Source: Clostridia bacterium
Lineage (GTDB): Bacteria > Bacillota > Clostridia > RGIG6154
NCBI GenBank assembly: GCA_045648505.1
Contig: JAZROD010000056.1
Location: 4,865-68,864, forward strand
Length of the DNA stretch: 64,000 bases
Direction: 5' to 3'
The first letter of the stretch is position 1. Every line of letters begins with the position of its first letter. This document shows, in pieces, positions 1-9,410 of the stretch. A program made the position numbers and the translations under genes. The notes under the pieces were generated by a model, which was not told where the DNA came from, searched no databases, and saw nothing but the letters and a program-made list of their open reading frames with translations.

Positions 1-2178
1 ATGGGCGAAACAGACTTCAGCTTTACTTTTATTTATAAGTGTGCAAAAGCTTGCGGTGTTGAAGTAGTTGACATTCTTGAAGGAACAAGCGGTACTCTTA
101 CATCTTTTGCTATCACAAGAAAAGGCGAAGGTCTTAAAATTTTAAAGAAGCATGGTGTTGAATATAACAACCTTGCTCCAAAATTCAAGGACAAGCTTGC
201 TGAACCTTTCCTTGTTAAGTTCCCATATCTTGAAGAAGAACAGAATCAGCCTATTAAATTGAACACACATAACGGTCAGGAATTTGATGTTATTGTTAAA
301 GGTTCTTTAAAAGTTCAGGTTGGTAATCATATAGATATTCTTAATGAAGGTGACTCTATTTTCTATAACAGTATTATTCCGCACGGTATGGTTGCAGTAT
401 CTGAAGGCGGTTGTGAATTCCACGCGGTTGTATTGAATCCTCAGGACGGAAAAGTTAGCGAGGAATATCCTGAAGCACCGATTATTGCTGCAAAAGTTGC
501 AAAACAGAAAGCAAGTACAGAAACTGTAGCAGATAAATTTATTGAATCAACTTATGATGAAAATGGCGTATTTAACGGAATTTCATTCAAAAATGAAGAT
601 ACATTCAACTTTGCATTTGACTGTGTTGATGCAATAGCTGAAAAGAACCCTGAAAAGCTTGCTATGATGTGGGTTGCAAATGATAAGTCAGACAGAAAAT
701 TCACATTCAGCGATATGAAAAAATATTCTAACAAAACGGCAAACTACTTTGAATCACTTGGTATCAAAAAAGGTGATACAGTAATGCTTGTTCTGAAAAG
801 ACATTATCAGTTCTGGTTCTGTATGCTTGCACTTCATAAAATTGGTGCTATCGCAATTCCTGCGACAAATCAGCTTGTAGAACATGATTTTGATTACAGA
901 TATAAAGCGGCAAAAGTTAAAGCTATTGTATGTACTGCAGATGGTGATGTTTCTGTTGAAGCAGAAAAAGCTGCAGAAAACTATCCTGAAATGATTAAAG
1001 TTTTAGTTGGGGATAAAAAAGAAGGCTGGAACGATTTTAATGTTGAAATGGAACGCTTCAGCACACACTACTACCGCAGTGAAAATACACCTTGCGGAAA
1101 TGACCCTATGCTTATGATTTTCACATCAGGTACAACAGGATATCCAAGAATTGCAACACATTCATATAAATATGCACTTGGTCATTATCCAACAGCTAAA
1201 CATTGGCATAATGTAAATCGTGACGGACTTCACTTCACAATTTCAGACACAGGCTGGGGTAAAGCCCTTTGGGGTAAGCTTTATGGTCAGTGGCTTTGTG
1301 AAGCAGGTATATTCACATACGATTTTGACAGATTCCATTCAGAAGATATTTTGCCTATGTTTGCAAAATACAATATCACAACATTCTGTGCACCACCTAC
1401 AATGTATAGATTCTTCATTAAAGAAGATTTATCAAAATATGACCTTTCTTCTATTGAGTATGCAACAACAGCAGGTGAAGCGTTGAATCCTGAAGTATTC
1501 AATCAGTTTAAAAAGGCAACAGGACTTACAATTATGGAAGGCTTTGGTCAGACAGAAACAACACTTTCTATAGCGAATTTTGTTGGTTCTACACCAAAAA
1601 TCGGTTCTATGGGAAGACCAAGCCCATTATACGATGTTGTTGTTCTTGATCCTGACGGAAAAGAATGTAAAACAGGTGATGCAGGTGAAATCTGTATTCG
1701 TGTTAAAGATGAAGTTCCTTGCGGACTCTTTACAGGCTATTATCTTGACGATGAGAAGACAAAAGCAGTATGGTATGACGGATTCTACCACACAGGCGAC
1801 CAGGCAACAATGGATGAAGATGGATACCTTTGGTATGTTGGCCGTATTGATGATGTTATCAAATCATCAGGCTACCGTATCGGACCTTTTGAAATTGAAA
1901 GCGTTATTATGGAGCTTCCTTATGTTCTTGAATGTGCTATCACACCTGTTCCTGATGAAGTCAGAGGTCAGATTGTAAAAGCTACAATCGTTCTCGTAAA
2001 AGGAAACGAAGGTACAGACGAACTTAAAAAAGAAATTCAGGAATATGTTAAAACACATACAGCTCCTTATAAATACCCAAGAATTGTTGAATTTGTTGAT
2101 GAACTTCCAAAAACAATCAGCGGTAAAGTAAGAAGAGTTGAAATCCGTAAAAATGATATGGAAAAACTGAATAAATAA
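1..2178 (+). CDS. AMP-forming acyl-CoA synthetase (medium-chain/acetate-CoA ligase type) fused in frame to an N-terminal cupin-like domain. The ORF is open at position 1, so the true start may lie upstream of the window.
   Basis: AMP-binding signature MIFTSGTTGYPRIATHSY (TSGTTGxP-K/R). C-terminal ACS core has the conserved GDxATMDEDGYLWYVGRIDDVIKSSGYRIGPFEIES and PKTxSGKVRR lysine motifs. Residues about 80-150 (GQEFDVIVKGSLKVQVGNHIDILNEGDSIFYNSIIPHGMVAVSEGGCEFHAVV) look like a cupin barrel. There is no in-frame Met between the cupin and the ACS N-terminus. Confidence 0.8.
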   Translation: MGETDFSFTFIYKCAKACGVEVVDILEGTSGTLTSFAITRKGEGLKILKKHGVEYNNLAPKFKDKLAEPFLVKFPYLEEEQNQPIKLNTHNGQEFDVIVKGSLKVQVGNHIDILNEGDSIFYNSIIPHGMVAVSEGGCEFHAVVLNPQDGKVSEEYPEAPIIAAKVAKQKASTETVADKFIESTYDENGVFNGISFKNEDTFNFAFDCVDAIAEKNPEKLAMMWVANDKSDRKFTFSDMKKYSNKTANYFESLGIKKGDTVMLVLKRHYQFWFCMLALHKIGAIAIPATNQLVEHDFDYRYKAAKVKAIVCTADGDVSVEAEKAAENYPEMIKVLVGDKKEGWNDFNVEMERFSTHYYRSENTPCGNDPMLMIFTSGTTGYPRIATHSYKYALGHYPTAKHWHNVNRDGLHFTISDTGWGKALWGKLYGQWLCEAGIFTYDFDRFHSEDILPMFAKYNITTFCAPPTMYRFFIKEDLSKYDLSSIEYATTAGEALNPEVFNQFKKATGLTIMEGFGQTETTLSIANFVGSTPKIGSMGRPSPLYDVVVLDPDGKECKTGDAGEICIRVKDEVPCGLFTGYYLDDEKTKAVWYDGFYHTGDQATMDEDGYLWYVGRIDDVIKSSGYRIGPFEIESVIMELPYVLECAITPVPDEVRGQIVKATIVLVKGNEGTDELKKEIQEYVKTHTAPYKYPRIVEFVDELPKTISGKVRRVEIRKNDMEKLNK

Positions 2179-2188
2179 GCTTTTAAGC

Positions 2189-2220
2189 CACAGGGAAGTA
2201 AATTTCCTTGTGGTTTAATT
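2189..2220 (+). terminator. Putative intrinsic terminator after the acyl-CoA synthetase gene
   Basis: Hairpin CCACAGGGAA-gtaaat-TTCCTTGTGG (one G-U pair) followed by a T-rich run. Confidence 0.4.
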
Positions 2221-2300
2221 TATTTCATACAAATTTCACTTGTAATAATTACTTCGTTTGGTGTATAATAACAAATAGTAAATTAAGCAGGGGAGTTAAT

Positions 2301-2735
2301 ATGGAATTTATTACTAAAGAATTTAATGAGCTTACAGTTAATGAGCTTTATGAAATATTAAAATCAAGAGAAGAAGTTTTTTTGCTTGAGCAAAATATCA
2401 TTTGTCAGGATATGGATGATACAGATAAAAAAAGCCTTCATTGTTTTATATTTGATTCAGGCAGAGTTATTGCTTATCTGAGAGCATATTGCACCGATGA
2501 GGGAGTGGCAGTTGGAAGAGTGCTTACTCTTGAACATAAAAAGGGTCTTGGGAAAGAACTTATGGTTAAGAGTATGGATATGATTAAAAAACATTTTAAT
2601 TGCAGTAAAATATATGCACATGCACAGAAACAGGCAGAAGGCTTTTATAAAAAGCTTGGCTTTGAAACAATTTCAGATGAATATCTTGAAGCTGGTATTG
2701 TGCATGTTATAATGGTAAAAAATATTCAGGGGTGA
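2301..2735 (+). CDS. GNAT family N-acetyltransferase, ElaA-like
   Basis: ATG at 2301 preceded by GCAGGGGAG RBS. Sequence ...VNELYEILKSREEVFLLEQNIICQDMDDTDKKSLH...VAVGRVLTLEHKKGLGKELM... matches ElaA-type GNAT acetyl-CoA binding segments. The longer ORF from 2208 lacks an RBS. Confidence 0.75.
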   Translation: MEFITKEFNELTVNELYEILKSREEVFLLEQNIICQDMDDTDKKSLHCFIFDSGRVIAYLRAYCTDEGVAVGRVLTLEHKKGLGKELMVKSMDMIKKHFNCSKIYAHAQKQAEGFYKKLGFETISDEYLEAGIVHVIMVKNIQG

Positions 2736-2739
2736 AAAG

Positions 2740-3507
2740 ATGAAAATGAATTTAACAAAAGGGCAATACAGACTCATTGTTCTTGTTGGCTTTTTGTATC
2801 TATACATTTTGGGAGCATTAGTTAATTTTATAATCAGAGGTAATTATGAGAATGCATTTATCTGCGTTTTGACACTGATAACTTTTTCCATACCAAGATT
2901 TGTTGAAAGAAAATTCAAAATAGAGATTCCAACCCTTATGGAAGGAATTATTTTCGTTTTTATTTTCTGTGCACAAATTTTAGGGGAGCTTGAATGTTAT
3001 TATATGCAGTTCCCTCATTGGGACACAATGCTTCACACTGTAAGCGGATTTTTGTTTGCAGCGGTGGGTTTTTCAATGATTGATATAATAAACAGGGATA
3101 GCAGAATTAAGTTTCATCTGTCGCCCCTTTATGTTTCAATTGTTGCATTCTGTTTTTCAATGACAGTTGGTGTTTTGTGGGAATTTTTTGAATTTTCTGC
3201 TGATATGCTTTTAAATCTTGATATGCAGAAGGATACAATTATAAATAGTTTTTCGACGGTGCTTTTTGATGCAACCAACTCAAACAAAGCGGTATATTCG
3301 GGAGAAATAGCAGAAACAATTATAAACGGAAGAGCGGTAAAAGGATATATAGACATCGGTTTAATAGATACAATGGCAGACCTTTTTGTTAACTTTATAG
3401 GAGCACTTGTGTTTTCAATCAGCGGAGGTTTTTATATAAAACACCGAGGTAAGAAAAAGTCATTGGCAGAAAATCTTATAGTTAAAATAAAAACTGACGA
3501 AGAATGA
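2740..3507 (+). CDS. Integral membrane protein of unknown function, about 7 predicted TM segments. Possibly a YjdF/DUF2238-like family, tentative.
   Basis: Hydrophobic helices throughout. RBS GGGGTGA before ATG 2740. Motif FPHWDTMLHTVSGFLFA. Confidence 0.7.
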   Translation: MKMNLTKGQYRLIVLVGFLYLYILGALVNFIIRGNYENAFICVLTLITFSIPRFVERKFKIEIPTLMEGIIFVFIFCAQILGELECYYMQFPHWDTMLHTVSGFLFAAVGFSMIDIINRDSRIKFHLSPLYVSIVAFCFSMTVGVLWEFFEFSADMLLNLDMQKDTIINSFSTVLFDATNSNKAVYSGEIAETIINGRAVKGYIDIGLIDTMADLFVNFIGALVFSISGGFYIKHRGKKKSLAENLIVKIKTDEE

Positions 3508-3524
3508 ATCTTCGTCAGTTTTTT
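3494..3524. terminator. Bidirectional intrinsic terminator between the convergent membrane-protein gene (+) and tex (-)
   Basis: Perfect 10-bp stem CTGACGAAGA-atgaa-TCTTCGTCAG flanked by an A-run upstream and a T-run downstream. It overlaps the last codons of the + gene. Confidence 0.6.
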
Positions 3525-5661
3525 AAAATTTCATTGTAAGTGATATTCTGTTTTTCTTTGTGTCGGTTTCTATAACCTTTACTTTAACAATATCTCCAAC
3601 CTTTAAAACTTCGGATGGGTGTTTTATTCTTCTTTCACAGATTTGTGAAATGTGAACAAGTCCGTCCTGATGAACGCCGATATCTATAAATGCACCAAAG
3701 TCTATAACATTTCTTACGGTGCCTGTAAGCTCCATACCTTCTGTTAAATCTTCAATGCTCATAATATCGCTTCGAAGAAGTGGCTTTGGAAGGTCGTCTC
3801 TTATATCTCTGCCTGGTTTTACAAGCTCTGTTATAATATCTTTTAAAGTAGGAATGCCAATACCAAGGTTTTCTGCAATTTCACTTATACCTTTACTTGA
3901 TACCTTTTCTTCAAGGTCGGAAAGGCGGTTTTCTTTAACATCGCTGTCGTTGTATGAGAAAATCTTTAAAAGCTTTTCTGCGCTTTTGTATGATTCAGGA
4001 TGAACAGAGGTGTTATCTAAAATGTTTTTACCGTCTGTAATTCTTAAAAATCCTGCACACTGTTCAAAGGCTTTAGGGCCAAGACGAGGAACACTTTTAA
4101 GTTCATCTCTTGATGTGAATTTACCTTTTTCTTCTCTGTATAAAACAATGTTTTTTGCAACTGTAGATGAAAGTCCTGATACATAAGATAAAAGGGAAGG
4201 AGATGCAGTATTTAAGTCCACACCTACCTTGTTAACACAATCTTCAACGACATTTGAAAGTGTTTCGCTTAACTGTTTTTGAGGTAAATCGTGCTGATAC
4301 TGACCTACACCGATAGATTTCGGGTCAATCTTAACAAGCTCTGCTAAAGGGTCCTGAAGTCTTCTTGCGATAGATACTGCTGAACGAAGTGAAACATCAA
4401 AATCAGGGAATTCTTCTGCACCAAGCTTTGATGCAGAGTAAACAGAAGCACCTGCTTCGTTAACCATCATATATTCAATTCCGCCGATTTCTTTAATCAA
4501 ATCTGCCACAAAAATTTCAGATTCTTTTGATGCAGTACCGTTACCGATTGCAATCAAAGTGATTTTATGTTTTTTGATTAAATCTGTTAAAGTTTTTTTA
4601 GCTTCCTCTTTTTTGTTCTGCGGTGGGGTAGGATAAACAACTGTTGTGTCTAAAACCTTTCCCGTTTCATCACAAACTGCAATTTTGCATCCTGTTCTGT
4701 ATGCAGGGTCAAAGCCCATACAAACTCTGTTTTTTACAGGAGGTTGCATAATAAGTGGCTCTAAATTGTTGCCAAAAACCTCAATTGCACTGTCTGATGC
4801 TTTTTCTGTGAGCATATTTCTTATTTCAGTTTCAACAGAAGGGAAAATAAGTCTTTTGTATGAATCTTCAACCGCTTCTTTTACAAGTGTTGAACAAGAA
4901 CTGTTTCCCTTAACAAATTTATTGTTTATATAACCTAAAATAAATTCATCATCACCTGAAACAGAAACCTTTAAGAATTTTTCTGCTTCGCCTCTGTTAA
5001 TGGCAAGAATTCTGTGAGAAGGTATTCTTGCTACAGGCTCTGAATATTCATAATACATTGAATATACAGAATCTTCGTCTTTAGTGTTTTTAGTGGTTAT
5101 AAGTCCTCTTGTGGCAAGAGAGTTTCTCACTCTGCCACGGATATATGCATCGTCTGAAACTGTTTCTGCAATAATATCTTTTGCACCGTTTATGGCATCT
5201 TCCACAGATAAAACACCTTTTTCTTCGCTGATGTATTTTTCTGCTTCTGTATATGGCTCGAATTTTGCGTCCTGTTTTAAAATAAGTTTGGCAAGTGGTT
5301 CAAGTCCCTTTGCTTTGGCAACAGTTGCTCTTGTCTGCTTTTTAGGGCGGAAAGGACGGTAAATATCTTCAAGCTCTGCCAAAGTAGATGCATTTTCAAT
5401 GCTTTTTGATATTTCATCGGTCATATTACCGCTTTCTGTGATGGAATTTGCGATTTCTTCTTTTCTTTTTTCAAAGTTTCTTAAATAAGTAAGTCTTTCT
5501 GAAAGCTTACGAAGAATCTGGTCATCGCAAGAGCCTGTTGCCTCTTTTCTGTAACGGGCAATAAAGGGGATTGTGTTGTCGCTGTCGATTAAATCTATTA
5601 TGTTTTTTACATAATGTTCTTTAACGCTGAACTCTTCTGAAAGTATTTTTATAATATCCAT
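3523..5661 (-). CDS. tex: Transcription accessory protein Tex (YqgF-like, HhH and C-terminal S1 RNA-binding domains)
   Basis: N-terminus MDIIKILSEEF...IPFIARYRKEATG is the Tex signature. C-terminal S1 domain GMELTGTVRNVIDFGAFIDIGVHQDGLVHISQI. Length 712 aa. Start overlaps the stop of the upstream ABC gene by 1 nt. Confidence 0.9.
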   Translation of the reverse strand: MDIIKILSEEFSVKEHYVKNIIDLIDSDNTIPFIARYRKEATGSCDDQILRKLSERLTYLRNFEKRKEEIANSITESGNMTDEISKSIENASTLAELEDIYRPFRPKKQTRATVAKAKGLEPLAKLILKQDAKFEPYTEAEKYISEEKGVLSVEDAINGAKDIIAETVSDDAYIRGRVRNSLATRGLITTKNTKDEDSVYSMYYEYSEPVARIPSHRILAINRGEAEKFLKVSVSGDDEFILGYINNKFVKGNSSCSTLVKEAVEDSYKRLIFPSVETEIRNMLTEKASDSAIEVFGNNLEPLIMQPPVKNRVCMGFDPAYRTGCKIAVCDETGKVLDTTVVYPTPPQNKKEEAKKTLTDLIKKHKITLIAIGNGTASKESEIFVADLIKEIGGIEYMMVNEAGASVYSASKLGAEEFPDFDVSLRSAVSIARRLQDPLAELVKIDPKSIGVGQYQHDLPQKQLSETLSNVVEDCVNKVGVDLNTASPSLLSYVSGLSSTVAKNIVLYREEKGKFTSRDELKSVPRLGPKAFEQCAGFLRITDGKNILDNTSVHPESYKSAEKLLKIFSYNDSDVKENRLSDLEEKVSSKGISEIAENLGIGIPTLKDIITELVKPGRDIRDDLPKPLLRSDIMSIEDLTEGMELTGTVRNVIDFGAFIDIGVHQDGLVHISQICERRIKHPSEVLKVGDIVKVKVIETDTKKNRISLTMKF

Positions 5662-7460
5662 TAAATTTCTCCTAGGAATTTGAATTGTGAGTTGTAAAGC
5701 TCGTAGTATCTGCCTTTCTTGTTAAGCAGTTCTTCGTGAGTTCCGCTTTCCTGAATGTTACCGTCTGCAATATACATTATTTTTGAGCAGGCGGTGATAG
5801 TTGAAAGACGGTGGGCAATAATAAATGATGTTCTGCCCTCTAAAAGCTTATTCAAGCCCTGCTGAAGTGCAAGCTCTGTTTCGGTGTCTATGTTTGAAGT
5901 TGCTTCGTCAAGAATAAGGATTTTAGGATTGCCAAGAAGTGTTCTTGCAAAGCATATAAGCTGCTTCTGTCCTGCAGACAGTGAGCCGCCTCTTTCAGTA
6001 AGCATTGTGTTGTAGCCGTCAGGAAGTGCCATAATAATATCGTGGGCACAAACTGCCTTTGCAACTTCATAAACCTCTTCATCTGTGGCATCAAGCCTAC
6101 TGTATTTTATATTCTCCATAACCGTGCCTGAGAATAAGAAGCTGTCCTGAAGCATAATACCCATCTGTGTTCTTAAAGAAGCAAGAGTTGCTTTACTTAT
6201 GTCGTTTCCGTCTATTGTGATTTTGCCCTCGTTAATATTGTAAAATCTTGAAATAAGATTAACAACTGTTGATTTCCCTGCACCTGTTGGACCAACAAAG
6301 GCAACACTTTCACCGGGTTTAACCTGAAATGATACCTTGTCTAAAATATTTCTTGTACCTTCTTCGTAGCGGAAAACAACATCTTTAAATTTAACATCGC
6401 CGGAAATTTCAGGCAGGGTGTATGCGTTTTCCATATCTTCAATTACCAAAGGTTCGTCTAAAACTTCAAATATTCTTTCAATATATGCACTGCAGGTTAC
6501 AATCTGATTATAATAGTTTGCAAGGCTTGAGATAGGTGTCCAGAATCTGCTTATGTATGATGCAAATGCAATTAAAAGACCAAGCTTTATGCTTCCGTTT
6601 GCCATACCTACTGCACCAAAGCAGTAAAGTGCAACGGTAACAAGCACAGTTATAATATCAGCAGAAAAAGGAATACCCATTTCAATATGTTTTGCTTTCA
6701 TCCAATACTTTTTGTTGTCACGGCAGATGCCTGTAAAGCGTTTTAAATCCTCGTTTTCTCTGTTGAACATCTGTGTTACTTTAACGCCTGATATACTTTC
6801 GTGAATGAAGGCGTTAAGGTTGCTCTGCTTTGCAGAAAGTACCTGCCAGGATTTTCTGTGGGCAGCTCTTAAAACAAGGATAACCAAAAGAAAAACAGGA
6901 ATACCTGAAAGGCAGATAAGAGTAAATTTAACATCAAGAGAAAGCATAAATACTATTGTAACTACTATAGTAAAAATGTTAGTTATAATATCAACAATAC
7001 CGTCAGAGAAAAGCGCTGCAATTGAGTTTACATAACCAACCACTCTCACTAAAATTTTTCCGTGGGGACGGGAATCAAAATAGGAGAAAGGAAGCTTTTG
7101 AAGATGGTCAAAAAGGTCTGCTCTTAATTTAAGAATAAATCTTTGTCCTATTCTGTTTATTATGTATGCCCTTCTTTTTGAATTAACTTTTATTAAAAGA
7201 AAACAAAGGAGCATAACAAATGAAATTATGATTATTGCAGGTATATTCTTTTCGGGAACATATTTGTCAATGGCAAGACTTGTAAGATATGGAGTCATAA
7301 GTGATGCAACAGAGCTTACAAGCATAAGAAAAGTTACAAATGCAATTCCTTTTGAATATGGTTTTAGATATGCACCGAGTCTTCTGATGGTTTTAAAGTT
7401 AATACCGCCCTTTAATTCCTCGTCAACTGTTGCTGTGTTTCTTTTAGCCATTGTTTTCAC
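5661..7460 (-). CDS. ABC exporter half-transporter (TMD-NBD, type I exporter). This is the subunit with the degenerate signature motif.
   Basis: Six N-terminal TM helices. Walker A GPTGAGKST, signature LSAGQKQ (non-canonical, LSGGQ expected), Walker B ILILDEATS with a catalytic Glu, H-loop IAHR. Confidence 0.85.
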   Translation of the reverse strand: MKTMAKRNTATVDEELKGGINFKTIRRLGAYLKPYSKGIAFVTFLMLVSSVASLMTPYLTSLAIDKYVPEKNIPAIIIISFVMLLCFLLIKVNSKRRAYIINRIGQRFILKLRADLFDHLQKLPFSYFDSRPHGKILVRVVGYVNSIAALFSDGIVDIITNIFTIVVTIVFMLSLDVKFTLICLSGIPVFLLVILVLRAAHRKSWQVLSAKQSNLNAFIHESISGVKVTQMFNRENEDLKRFTGICRDNKKYWMKAKHIEMGIPFSADIITVLVTVALYCFGAVGMANGSIKLGLLIAFASYISRFWTPISSLANYYNQIVTCSAYIERIFEVLDEPLVIEDMENAYTLPEISGDVKFKDVVFRYEEGTRNILDKVSFQVKPGESVAFVGPTGAGKSTVVNLISRFYNINEGKITIDGNDISKATLASLRTQMGIMLQDSFLFSGTVMENIKYSRLDATDEEVYEVAKAVCAHDIIMALPDGYNTMLTERGGSLSAGQKQLICFARTLLGNPKILILDEATSNIDTETELALQQGLNKLLEGRTSFIIAHRLSTITACSKIMYIADGNIQESGTHEELLNKKGRYYELYNSQFKFLGEI

Positions 7461-9204
7461 CTCCCGGCGTGTTCATATTGTTAAAGTCGCCATACTGGTC
7501 ATCGCAGGCTGTTTTGTAGTAACCATTCTGTGCAATAAGCTCGTCGTGAGTGCCCCATTCTATAATGCGTCCGTCTTTCATAACCAAAATAAGGTCGGCA
7601 TTTTTGATTGAGGAAATTCTGTGAGCTATAATAAATGTGGTTTTGTTTGAGAAAGATTTTTTAAGCATATTCTGTATTATATGCTCTGTTTCCATATCAA
7701 TTGCAGAGGTTGTGTCATCAAGAATAAGAATTGACGGATTCTTAAGGAGTGCTCTTGCAAGGGAAATTCTCTGTCTTTGTCCGCCTGAAAGTCCCACACC
7801 TCTTTCGCCCACAATGGTATTGTAGCCATCAGGCATTGCAGTAATAAAATCGTGTGCATTGGCAATTTTTGATACTCTTTCAATGTCTGCATCAGTAGCA
7901 TCAGGCACGCCGTATGAAATATTGTTTTTAATTGTATCTGAAAATAAGAAAATGTCCTGCATTGCATAAGAAATGCTTTTTCTCAATGTTTCAAGGTCAA
8001 TGTTTTTGATGTTTATATCGTCAATATAAACTGTTCCTTCGGTTGCCTCGTGAAATCTTGCAATAAGGTTTACGATTGATGTTTTACCTGAACCCGTAGG
8101 ACCTGTAATTCCGATTGTCATACCAGGCTCTGCAGTGAATGAAATACCTCGTATTGCGCGGCTTTTACCGTGATTGAACTGAACATTTTTAAACTCAATT
8201 TTACCGTTGATGCCTGTACCTTTTTTGAGAATTTTATGAGTGTTGCTGATTTTTGGTGAGTATTGTTCAATGCTTAAAAGCTTTGATGAGCCGGTTACAA
8301 ACTGTTTTATCTGACTTAAAAGAGAACCAAGAGTAGATAAAGGGGAGGTTATGCACCATAAAATACCATTAACAGTTGTAAATTCACCGAAAGTCATTTT
8401 GCCCGTAATGAGAAGAATACCACTTGCAAGAACGAAAACAACATTCTCACATTCAATAAAGAACTGCATATTGGGATAAAGTTCTGCCCATACCTTTGCA
8501 AAAGTTCTTACGGCTGTGTAGTAATTTTTGTTGGCCTTCTCAAATTTTTTGTTTTCCAGGTCTTCTCTTGCATAAGCCTTTACAACTCTGTTACCGCTTA
8601 TGTTTTCTTCCGCAACGGTGTTAAGCTCTGCAGAGGCGTTACGCATCTGTGTGTACAAAGGAGTCACGCTGGAAACATATTTAACAGAGAAAATACCAAT
8701 AAAAGGTGTTACAATCAAAAGACAGAGTGCAAGAATTGGGCTTACCGAAAGTAAAATGGTAAGACCTATAATTATAAGTGTAATCTGTGTTAAAGCCACA
8801 GGGATTGTTGATGCAATAAACACTCTTATGTATTCTGTATCAAGAGAAAGAGCCGCCATAATATCGCCGGTTCTGTTATGCTCAAAATATTCAACCTCGT
8901 TAGACTGGAGTTTTTTGAATATATTTGTTCTTATATTTAAGATAACATCCTGAGATATGTTTTCATAAATATGTTGTCTTAAATACCATATAAGCATTTT
9001 AACAACAATAGCTCCGATTAAAATAAGGGCGTAAATCCATAAGTTTGAAAGACTTGCCCCAGATGTTACCGCCTCAACAAGATTACCCAGAGTAAGTGGC
9101 TGAACAAAGGTCATACCAACAAAAATAAGGGTAAGTATTAAAGTGAAGGATAACGCAGTCATGTGCTTTTTTATGTAGCCGTAAAGCCATTTGTATGGAG
9201 ACAT
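7444..9204 (-). CDS. ABC exporter half-transporter (TMD-NBD). Partner subunit with canonical signature but a Walker-B Asp in place of the catalytic Glu.
   Basis: Walker A GPTGSGKTS, signature LSGGQRQR, Walker B ILILDDTTSAID (D in place of catalytic E), H-loop IAHR. Overlaps the downstream half-transporter gene by 17 nt, consistent with an obligate heterodimer such as LmrCD/TM287-288/PatAB. Confidence 0.85.
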   Translation of the reverse strand: MSPYKWLYGYIKKHMTALSFTLILTLIFVGMTFVQPLTLGNLVEAVTSGASLSNLWIYALILIGAIVVKMLIWYLRQHIYENISQDVILNIRTNIFKKLQSNEVEYFEHNRTGDIMAALSLDTEYIRVFIASTIPVALTQITLIIIGLTILLSVSPILALCLLIVTPFIGIFSVKYVSSVTPLYTQMRNASAELNTVAEENISGNRVVKAYAREDLENKKFEKANKNYYTAVRTFAKVWAELYPNMQFFIECENVVFVLASGILLITGKMTFGEFTTVNGILWCITSPLSTLGSLLSQIKQFVTGSSKLLSIEQYSPKISNTHKILKKGTGINGKIEFKNVQFNHGKSRAIRGISFTAEPGMTIGITGPTGSGKTSIVNLIARFHEATEGTVYIDDINIKNIDLETLRKSISYAMQDIFLFSDTIKNNISYGVPDATDADIERVSKIANAHDFITAMPDGYNTIVGERGVGLSGGQRQRISLARALLKNPSILILDDTTSAIDMETEHIIQNMLKKSFSNKTTFIIAHRISSIKNADLILVMKDGRIIEWGTHDELIAQNGYYKTACDDQYGDFNNMNTPGGENNG

Positions 9205-9235
9205 AAAATCGCCGCCTTTCTTTTAAATCAATGTT

Positions 9236-9264
9236 ATTATAAGGGAAGAGGACACAAAAAGCAA
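9236..9264 (-). promoter_or_regulatory. Putative sigma-A promoter for the ABC-ABC-tex operon (minus strand)
   Basis: On the minus strand, TTGCTT - 17 nt - TATAAT lies about 30 nt upstream of the ABC start codon. Confidence 0.4.
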
Positions 9265-9345
9265 TACTAAAAGTTAGGTGAATTAAACAAAAAACTTGTT
9301 TAATTTGTACAAATCCTGAAATGTGTAAAGAAACTTCTTGTTTCG

Positions 9346-9374
9346 TTGACAAATAGAAGGATGTAATATATAAT
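9346..9374 (+). promoter_or_regulatory. Consensus sigma-A promoter for the giant surface-protein gene
   Basis: TTGACA (9346-9351), a 17-nt spacer, then TATAAT (9369-9374), located 36 nt before the ATG at 9411. Confidence 0.55.
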
Positions 9375-9410
9375 TTATATAGCTTTATTTAAAAAAGGAC
9401 GTGTTATAAT

